Source of the DNA: Macrostomum lignano
Lineage: Eukaryota
Direction of reading: 5' to 3'
Assembly (NCBI GenBank): GCA_002269645.1
Contig: NIVC01005123.1
Location: 1 to 25,560, forward strand
Length of the DNA stretch: 25,560 nt
In this document: one piece after another, positions 10,501-18,956 of the stretch
Position numbering within the stretch: the first letter of the stretch is position 1
How the letters are laid out: each line of letters starts with the position of its first letter
The notes under the pieces: model-generated
The model's database searches: none
The model's input: the letters and a program-made list of their open reading frames with translations, nothing else
Told to the model about the DNA's origin: nothing
Translations under genes and position numbers: made by a program

Positions 10501-12760
10501 CTGGCCATCCGCCCTTGGTCTGCCTTACCTGCGACAAAAGCACACCAAGCTGGACCACTAATCAAGCTGCCCTGATTCTTGCTAGAGATTCATCAGGTGG
10601 AGCGGTGGCAATTCCAGCTAGCGCACCGCCTATTTATGATGACGACATGGATGCTGGAAGGGAAGCCTTAGCCAATCTTCTATTGGAAAGTGTTCAAAAG
10701 CTTAACCTTCCGCTGCCAAGCATTGTTGGCTTTGTTGGAGATGGTCAGTATCATCAAAATGGGCCTTTTGTCGCAACTCTATGCGAGAGACTCGGCTATC
10801 ATAAAAATGACAACAGCTTACCAGTCTGCTGGGATGCAGCTCATTTTTTAAATCTCGGCGTTCAGGACATCCGTGACGTCAAGGAAATGGAGTTCTTTAA
10901 GCGATTTATAAAGCGAGCTAATGTCTTCCCCAAAATGTTTGGGCATGGCCATGGCTTTGCTGCTCTCGAAAAAGCAGCCAAAGCTCAGCAGGAGGCGAAG
11001 GAAAGTGCGAGGGCAAGGTGCATCTCAGTTTTTGCTGCACAATGCTTCCTGAGCTCTGCAATGAAGATGTGGGAGGCCGTTGAAGAATCATACGAAGTAA
11101 GTTTTTTACTGCTTACAGAAATTAAAGACTGAAAGGGGGAAATATTAATATTTGAAATAAATACAATCAATTCCTTTCTTTTAAACGTCTAATACAGGCA
11201 TTATACTCTGCCTTCCGGAAAGAGCATCCGGAGAGCAACCCAAACAAGAAAATCCAATATTAGCTCTTTGGCTACGACTTCCTGTTCGATTTGCTTGGCC
11301 TACTAGACTTGCTGGATCCCGTCTGAAAGCTATTGGAGCTTGTTCAAGATCTGGAATAGCCTCATTGGAAGTTGGCGCTTTTATGGCCGAAGGTGGCTAG
11401 CTTCTAGAATGCCAAGCTTGAGGCTTTAATGTCGAGGATTATCCGAGGCTAAAAGCTTGTTACAGATCGCTTCATCCAGGTAGACTCAGACTGGGTGCTA
11501 AATCTTATTTTTATTAATTTATAAAAGTTCCTGTAAGCTAGCCCAAGCAACATATTTTCAATAAATCAAATTCTATCAACAGGTGGTACATTCCACGGTG
11601 TGCCCCTACTTGACGGCTGGCTTACGGACAATGACGAGAGAGACCAGCGCGTCAACTGGACTGCTCGGGACCTCCGTGACATGGAGCAGGACTTGGTCCG
11701 GCTGTCTGCTGCCCTGCTTAAGAGCCTCTCATCATATATAGCGAAGGCTGACAAGCACTCCTCTGTGGCTGCTAGTGCGATGGTCATGGATGTGGCTAAT
11801 ATTATCCTGTTTCTGACCTCCGCCAACCCCAAAACTAGCACTGAGGAGTTCACCACCTCTGCTGCCATTCTAAAGTTTGTCAAGCAGGCTGAGAAGCACC
11901 AGTCTGCATGTGAGGTCTCAGCTGGCTCGGAAGTACGTGGCCAACTATGCCAGTGCTATTCACTAGGTATTTTTGTCTGGTGTTGGCCGCGATTCCTGGC
12001 TCAAACCCAGCATGAAAGGGCCCATCAAACAAGTCGCATGCTCAGAGTCGTGTGCTCCAAACGTGCTTTTGCTTCAGTTGCAGCTTGTTGTGACTACTGA
12101 GTCCGGATACAAGAGCTCAGTATGGCTGAACGAAGCTGCCATGTATAGGTCGCTGTACTCCGATCCAAGGCTTTACAAAGCAGCCGGCCAGGAGGCATGC
12201 CACTTGCTAGACTTTGCGCTTCACCTTGGAGGCACAGGTGAAAGTAATTTTTTTATGCCTTTTATAAAGTATTTTAGTAATTCTTAAAGTATTTTGATGT
12301 CCATACGAGTTTCTTTCTGCTTGTAAAGTTTCTGTATGTAGAAATAGGTTTAAAAATTACGAGCTACATGTACTGTTAGCAATTATAAAATATGACAATA
12401 GACAGGAGAAACAACATATATTTTAATTTCAGAGGCGATAGTCGAAACGTATTACTCAGTAATGCGATCGCAGGAGCAGCAAGGGGGCCAAACTAATGAC
12501 ACTCTAGCGTTACGAACTAAACTAAGCTGGATGCTACCCCCCAAAGTAAATACGCAGGAGTGCCGACTGCTTTTGAACGAAGCTGCTAGGCTCTTTTTTG
12601 TCGGAGACAGGCAACGCGGTTTTCGGCCTCATTGTGGCCCATTTTTCTACGACATTTAGTAGTAGGCAGCAAAAAAGTATCGCGTAAGCAAGGTTGTTGA
12701 CCGGTACAGCAACTCCATCCCTCGCTGTCCCTTCATTGGCCGGTATCAGCATCAGCAGCG
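7511..12760 (+). pseudogene. Seven-exon hAT transposase, inactivated by stops and frameshifts
   Basis: Approximate exons are 7511-7655, 8753-9308, 9449-9860, 9979-11096, 11198-11479, 11583-12237 and 12433 to about 12760. It has a BED-like finger (YCINC), first Asp in LTCDKST (10533), second Asp in FVGDGQY (10740), WDAAHFLNL (CxxH-equivalent, 10830-10856) and the catalytic Glu in GT|EAIVE. In-frame TAG at 8917 and several frameshifts. Confidence 0.85.
9143..9236 (+). repeat. 18-21 bp coding repeats (AANSADA)n
   Basis: GCCAATTCTGCTGATGCTGC repeated about four times. Confidence 0.85.
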
Positions 12761-13473
12761 TCAGTTGGCTGAGGAAGCGGAAGCTGAGGAGCAAAGTGAC
12801 GAGTCTAGCTAGAGTAGGTTGGTCTATGAGTTGAATAAAAAAATTACATGATCACACAAAATTTGGTCTCTTTGACCAGTGTGAATAGGTTTTAATACTT
12901 ATACTCAGTATATGCTTATAATGCTTACACTATACTTATACATATGCTTACTACATGTATGTCTGACTATATCATGTACAATGTACTTTTTACTTAACAA
13001 ATTTGCGCCTTTCGCAGCTTTTGTTGCACCTTTTTGCTTATATTTTGCAAATAGAAGCCATGATTGAACTGCTTGAACTTCCATTGATATTGATTCAATT
13101 TAGATACTTAATACTTGATGTTGCTTTTTCAAGTGTATTTTTCTTGGCGCATGGTGCACAAGTAATTTTTTTTCTCAGCGCATGCGGCGCGGGCGCACAA
13201 CAAAAATTTTGATGGATGTTATTCTGGCGCACACGCTGCACCTTCCTGACCATGGACTCTACCAAACATAACTATTCTTTTGCCAATTTGCCATACATGC
13301 TACCAGGGACATCCAATGTCAGGATAGGTGCTATGGATTTCTGTGGGAGTGAGAACATAATGTAAGTGCAAATTTTGCTTGGCATATTTTTGTGAGCAAC
13401 ATAAATCTGCTGGCAAACATTGGCATATAGGAGCTAAGGAATCAAATTTCATTCCGGTGTACAACGGTACAAA

Positions 13474-13486
13474 ATCCTGACCCTGG
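13474..13486. repeat. Candidate right TIR of the outer hAT element A
   Basis: ATCCTGACCCTGG (reverse complement CCAGGGTCAGGAT) resembles the element B TIR CCATGGTCAGGAA and lies about 210 bp beyond B's right TSD. The matching left end is not in the window. Confidence 0.45.
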
Positions 13487-13935
13487 GCGTATAGTTAGGG
13501 AAGGGAAGGCAGAAAAAAATTGGCATTCATTGGCATACAAACTGTGAATCCATCAAGTTTTAGTTTGGCGTACACCCTGCCATGATCCAGACTATGGCCA
13601 GCATACATAGAAAACCTGCAATATGGCAGCCATAGTGTAGATCATGTAGTGCACGCGAGAATTTTCCCGCATGCATTTTAAAAAGTGGCATGCACCGGCA
13701 TGTGATTAGGTAAGTGGCATGCATTTGGCGTGCATAATGCACACTACATAAATACACTGGCGTGCCTGGCATGCGCCGCGTGCCGCATGCCTGGCACCTG
13801 ATGTGGCAACATACATGCGCAACCTCCGAAATTTGGTCGGCCATGCGACTTAGTTTCAACAAAAATGCGACATAGTTTTTGGCCAAAAATGCGACTTACA
13901 TGTAAAAAACCCTAAAGCAAAATTAACGCAACTTT

Positions 13936-13999
13936 GGGTAAACGGCAGGAGTAACTATGACTGTCTTATTAAGCCAAAATGCCTTGTCAGCTACTTAGT
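13936..13999 (+). pseudogene. Short degenerate 28S (LSU) rRNA fragment spanning the R2/I-PpoI target region
   Basis: GGGTAAACGGCAGGAGTAACTATGACTGTCTTATTAAGCCAAAATGCCTTGTCAGCTACTTAGT versus conserved GGGTAAACGGCGGGAGTAACTATGACTCTCTTAAGGTAGCCAAATGCCTCGTCATCTAATTAGT. About 55 of 64 positions match by hand alignment. Confidence 0.85.
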
Positions 14000-14525
14000 A
14001 TTACTACTTGGTTATTTTTTGGGTGGGCATTTTTGCAACTTCCTTGGTTGGCCGCCAGATTGGTCAGCCGGATTGGCCAACTCGGCCAACTGTTGCGCAT
14101 GTATGTGTGGCAAAGCTGCCAATGCAATGGTAAGCAGACATAAAATACGTATTATTGTATTTAACTTTTGAAAAAAAACTATTGTAAACAAACAGTGTAT
14201 AAGACTGTTAAATAAATTAATATATGAGAAATACACATTTTTAAAGATATATCATTTCTTTTGTACATCATTTGTTGCTTTGTTTTACACAATGCAATTT
14301 AAAATACGTTTTTTGTCTTCTATTTGAATTTCAATTTATCGTTTCTTGTATTGGATCTATTGTAGTATTGATTAATCATCAATCATATTCATAAGTCATG
14401 ACATCAAGTATTTGTTTAGACAAATACAATTATACAATTCTATTTCTAGTTTTGTTATTTGTTGTTACCTGTGGTTAGTAGTCCTTGTCCTAGTAGGCGT
14501 GCATTGGCGTGTATTCGCTTGTCAT

Positions 14526-14932
14526 TAGAGGTCGGACAGGATCCCGATCCTGATCCCGAAATCTCAAGATCCCAAGGAAAATTGGATTCCTGCGGGACTA
14601 GAATCCCGACCCTAAAAAACACGAGAAACGGGAACAGGTCTTTTGATTAAAATTTATAGAATTAGTGATTACTTGAATGTATTTTGTTTTACCTTGTACT
14701 CATTACATTATTAATTTGCTGGTTACAAAACTTTGCATCAATTTTGTTGTATTCTACTTTTTGATCTTGATATTTTTAGCTCAATTTTTTTAACTTTATA
14801 TGGACCTACAAGCTACAATACACTAAAAGACCTAATCCCGATTCCCAAATCCCGATCCCAATCCCAATCCCAAAAAAAAAATTATTCCCGATCCCAATCC
14901 CACCCAAAGATTTCAATCCCGTCTGACTTCTA
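14526..14932. mobile_element. Non-autonomous hAT-type MITE (407 bp)
   Basis: TIRs TAGAGGTCGGACAGGA and TCCCGTCTGACTTCTA match 13/16. The 8-bp TSD is CTTGTCAT (14518-14525) / CTTGTCGT (14933-14940). Subterminal ATCCCG/ATCCCA repeats are present. Confidence 0.85.
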
Positions 14933-16282
14933 CTTGTCGTCGGCGTGCTTTTGGGAATTAGCTTTGGGTCGTTTCTCGCGTGCACTTAGCATGATCCACA
15001 CATTGGTATGGCAGATATTAGCATTTGATAGAATGACCAAAATTCATTGTCCTAGTAGAATACAATAGGCTAGGCATAAAATCTCAAAAAATAATATATT
15101 TTTATTTTAATTTTAAATTGCAAAATTATTGAATTTATTTTATATAAATATTACTATCAATCAGTCATTTTGAATTAGCATACTTTTATCTATCAAATTC
15201 CAAATGGATTTGTCTATTAGTATTAATGTCATTATTGACAATAAATTAAATATCAACTTTTTATAACTTTACTTTAGACAAGTACAAAAGCTTGTCTATT
15301 GACATTGTAAAAGGAAGGATAGTGTTACTTCAGAATTGAATCAAAACTATGCTTACCTTACTAAGTTGTTGTCCTTACAAGTTACAACTTACAAGTTAGG
15401 GGCCTACATTTCATTTTTTATTTCCTTATTACTATTTAAGCATAGCTGCTTGAAACTAATGAGCTAGCGGTTCCAGCCACGGAATTCGGAATTGGAACAA
15501 ATTTTGGAATTTCCAGGTTCCAAGAATCCTAAGGACCTAGACAGTCGTTTCGAATTCGATGATAAGTGAAGTGGGGATGGCTGACCGGATGACCCGATTT
15601 TCAGTTGTGAGAAGTAAGAAGTAGTAAGAATTTGGCACAGGCAATTAGCCTGTTTGGCCAATATATTATAGAGCAATGTATTTGGAAAAAAATTCGAAAT
15701 GGAAGTTTAAAACGACGATTCGACGAAGTGTTATTGTAAAGGATAAACTATTTGAAAGCGCGCCAGAATATTTTTACGGTATTTTTGGACGAAAAGTGAC
15801 GACTAACAACTAACAACGAGTATAAATATTAGTACAAAAATGAGTACGAATTACGAGGTATAGCTTTGATTACGAGATTACGCGATAAGGAGCGAATGAA
15901 GTTTGGACGTAAAATCCAAAAGAAAAAATAACTATTTTATGCCAATATATCAAAGCATATATAACCGTAATTACAATAGCAGTTCTCAGTTCAGTTCCGA
16001 AATGTAAATTATTTCATTCCGGATTGCCTCTAAATAGTTAGTGTATAGACAAAGTAAAAACTTTTGTGCTACAATTGCACCAATAAAAAAAATATAAAAA
16101 CCTTGTCCTATATAGAATTATACTTTTTAATGAATAATTTACATTTATTTGTACTATTTGTATTAGTCACTAGCGTGCATATGGAATTATGCACGAATAT
16201 GAAATTCAAAAGCACATGCTTTCGAAGTCCTGTTGAAAAGACACTAGGGTAAAGAAAGTTTCCTTACACACCTCTTTTTAAT

Positions 16283-16967
16283 ATATCGCACAGGGCCTCG
16301 GTCCCGACGCTCTCGTCAGCTCGAAAGGCCGCGCGGAGCAGCCCTGAGTGCGCCGAGAGTCCAGCTGCCGCTCTAGAGTAGTCGTCAGTGTCCACTTCTC
16401 GGCGTTGTAGAGCAGAATGGTTTCGACCACCGCCTGCCACAGCCGAGCCCTCTGGTGGTCGGGCAGCGCTTCGGACTGGACGTCGGCCCGGTTCGAACGG
16501 AAGGCCGCCCAGGCAAGTCCTCGGCGCCGCCGTATCAAAGTCTTCGTCCACGTGAGGCACCAGACCACCGAGTAGGTAAACCGCTGGTAGCGTGCGCGCG
16601 AGCGTGGTCGTCTGCCCGTCTGCGAAGCGACATGTCCGGTCCGCTGGAATGTCGGCCGGCACAGTCAGCACATCAGTTTTCAGCGTGTTGACAACCAGTC
16701 CGACGCTCGATGCCACCTCGACCAACCTGTCGATCTGACGCTGGGCGCCTTCAACGGACGAGGACAGGAGGGCGAGGTCGTCGGCGTAGCCAAGCACGCT
16801 GCATTTATAAGGCGCTTTTCGCCGTGGCGGCGACCGATGCGTCTGCGCAGCGCAGCAAGCCGTCGTTAGCCGAGGAGACTGCGGTCCGAAGCACCCAGTC
16901 CAGCAGCAGCACGAAGAGAAACGGCGCCAAAGTGTCGCCCTGCAGAACTCCTGATGAAGTGTCGAAC
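16283..16967 (-). mobile_element. Truncated non-LTR retrotransposon (RTE-like) reverse transcriptase fragment
   Basis: Minus-strand SGVLQGDTLAPFLFVLLLDWVLR, LGYADDLALL (YADD at 16777-16788) and downstream LWQAVVETILLYNAEKWTL, spread over different frames (frameshifted). Confidence 0.9.
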
Positions 16968-17908
16968 TGATGATGATTTACATGTATGTAATCGCCCCAG
17001 TGAACCGTCTTCTCATGGGAGAAGGATCAGATCGTATGACTATAGGGATGGCTGCCAGCCGTCTATGACCAGGCTATGACCGACAGATCACCTTCAGGTT
17101 TAGCTTTAATTAGCTTAGCTTTTTGGTGGTGTTATTTTAGTGACCTGAGGGACAAGGACCCACATGTGCCCCATCGATAGCTAATGTGCAAATTTGGTCA
17201 TCGGGTTATATAATTGCATGACCCACGGCTGTCACCACTCTGTGTGACCTGGTGCCAGAGCCCCGCCTGGGATGGGTATCAAGGGTTTGAGCGAGCAGGG
17301 AGCAGCATGCAGCCGAATAATGGGACTCTGCTTGGGCACAAATCGGGAACTCCAGGATCATTACTGAAGGATTTTTATCAGGGGATCCTTTTAAGGCATG
17401 ACATACGGTTCAGATTGCAAAGAGTTGCGTATAGAGAACACGTAACAGCTATACATGTACATGTAGTTTGGATTGATCAATGGGTTCGGGCCTGGCCGCC
17501 TCATATGAAAGGTTCTCCTCCACATGGAGCACCAGACCGCTGGTGTGATAAACCACTGCTGGCAGCGTGCGTCTGCGCCATAGCATGTTTTTTAGGTCCC
17601 CTGTGACGTCAGCAGACACAGTCAGCATCTCGGTCTTCCATTATGCTGACAACGCTTGAATCCACCTCTCTGTGCTTTCAACAGACGAGGAAAAGAGGTT
17701 GAGGTCGCCAGCGTTGCCAAACAAGCTCAGGTGTTTTTTGCCGCTGTGGCGAACGATGCGTCTCCACAACAGATAAAAAAGCACGAAGAAATCCCTCCAT
17801 TTCAGCATTCGAGGTATGCCATGAACCTCACAGATGTTCAATTGAAAAGATATTTTTGGTGTAAAGTCTACTCAGATGTTATATTGCAAAAATGCTTTTA
17901 GTTTAATT

Positions 17909-18079
17909 TTAGAAAGCCCAAGATAAGGCTATATCAGCACCCCAATTACTCGTATCAGGGCCGCCGTTTTCTACGTCTAGGGGGATTATGTGTTCGGGTA
18001 TATCACCGTCGAAGGCGGCTAATTCTTCAGCTGGGCGGTTGTTGTCCCAGAGGGTGGATAGAGCTCGGCGGCGAGACAT
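17909..18079 (-). CDS. 56-aa orphan ORF (MSRRRALSTLWDNNRPAEELAAFDGDIPEHIIPLDVENGGPDTSNWGADIALSWAF)
   Basis: Not in the ORF track because it is under 60 aa. It has an upstream TATATAA (18150-18156, minus strand), a CCAAT box at 18180-18184, and ATTAAA just after the stop. Confidence 0.5.
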   Translation of the reverse strand: MSRRRALSTLWDNNRPAEELAAFDGDIPEHIIPLDVENGGPDTSNWGADIALSWAF

Positions 18080-18190
18080 GTTGGAATCAGCAGACTATAG
18101 TATCAGGGCTAGGATTAGGGTTTGGCTCTCTAGAGGCTGGATAGATTAGTTATATAGGGAGCCCCGCGGGTGGCGCGAGCCAATAGGGAA

Positions 18191-18740
18191 CTACCAGCGC
18201 TGACTCTCGTCAAACAGATTTTCCCAGGGCGGGGATTGGTAGGGTTTGTGACCCACAACCTGGAGAACGTCCTGGAGATTTTCTTCCTCCTCCTCAGTCC
18301 TGGCTACCGGAGAGGTCTCGGTCCTGGCTCGCTTGGCTAGCGGCGGGGCCTTGGGTTTGAAGAGCTTGCCCAAACGGGCGGCAAACATCCGGTGCCACAG
18401 TTCAGGCGTGAATTCAATTGTGTAGCGCTAATTGAACTTTGGATCCCGATTAAGCCAATTGCGCCGCAAACGAATCCTCCCCCTGTGAAGCTTCTGCCGC
18501 CTTGAAGTTGCCCAACACGACTCTCTTGTCCACGTGAAGACGTGCCGCAGCCTCCAGGTCAGGGCGTGCAGCTTCGAGCTTCTTCCACTCGACCTCGCTT
18601 AAATAGATTGCTGGGAAGCCGTCCTTCCACACTCCAGCTTCGTCGGTGTAGAGCCGACGGATTTCAATTAAGTCATGTTCCGTTTCAAATGTGGGCTTCC
18701 GCGCCACAAAGTTTTCGTATAGAGCGATAGAAGAAGACAT
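18191..18740 (-). CDS. PC4/Sub1-like ssDNA-binding protein, probably with tandem PC4 folds and a basic/acidic tail, now split by a frameshift and a stop
   Basis: DLIEIRRLYTDEAGVWKDGFPAIYLSEVEWKKL matches the PC4 signature (IDIRExY...GISL..EQW..L). A second PC4-like stretch IRLRRNWLNRDPKFN*RYTIEFTPELWHRM is in frame with ORF 18191-18388. TATATAAA lies at 18785-18792 on the minus strand. Confidence 0.7.
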
Positions 18741-18956
18741 GATTAGCAGCAGCAGCAGAGAGCTCTCTGATAGCCGCGCAGCGCTTTATATACCCCCAGA
18801 TGGAGGGTGGGAGGGTGTGATTTTGGGGTGATTTTGAGTGATTCTGGTTGGTTTTTTGGTGATTTGGCCAATAATAGACGAGCTAAGCAAGTTTTTAGTA
18901 AATATTCGGACCCCTAGAACAGGGGTAGAGAGATAATCCTTCTCTCTGTATGCAAA
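18741..18956. promoter_or_regulatory. Compact divergent promoter region between the PC4-like gene and pPolB
   Basis: 216 bp between head-to-head start codons (18740 minus, 18957 plus), with a clear TATA box for the minus-strand gene. Confidence 0.55.

Larger units (their letters stand above)
7197..13255 (+). mobile_element. Full-length hAT-superfamily DNA transposon (element B, 6059 bp)
   Basis: Perfect 8-bp TSD ACTCTACC at 7189-7196 and 13256-13263. TIRs are CCACAGCCAGGAAG (7197-7210) and CTTCCTGACCATGG (13242-13255), 11/14 matching. Subterminal GGCGCA/TGCGCC clusters occur at both ends, and an internal transposase gene is present. Confidence 0.9.

Noticed and set aside
13313-13486. Possible MITE bounded by CCAATGTCAGGAT and ATCCTGACCCTGG
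   Set aside because: The flanking 8-mers (AGGGACAT versus GCGTATAG) do not form a TSD.
14485-15058. 12-bp direct repeat TTGTCCTAGTAG (14485 and 15047) as a TSD
   Set aside because: No terminal inverted repeats or poly(A) tail were found inside the pair, so it cannot be assigned to an element.
17214-17901. ORFs of 130, 81 and 66 aa between the RT fragment and the pPolB module
   Set aside because: No recognisable motifs on either strand and no supporting gene signals.
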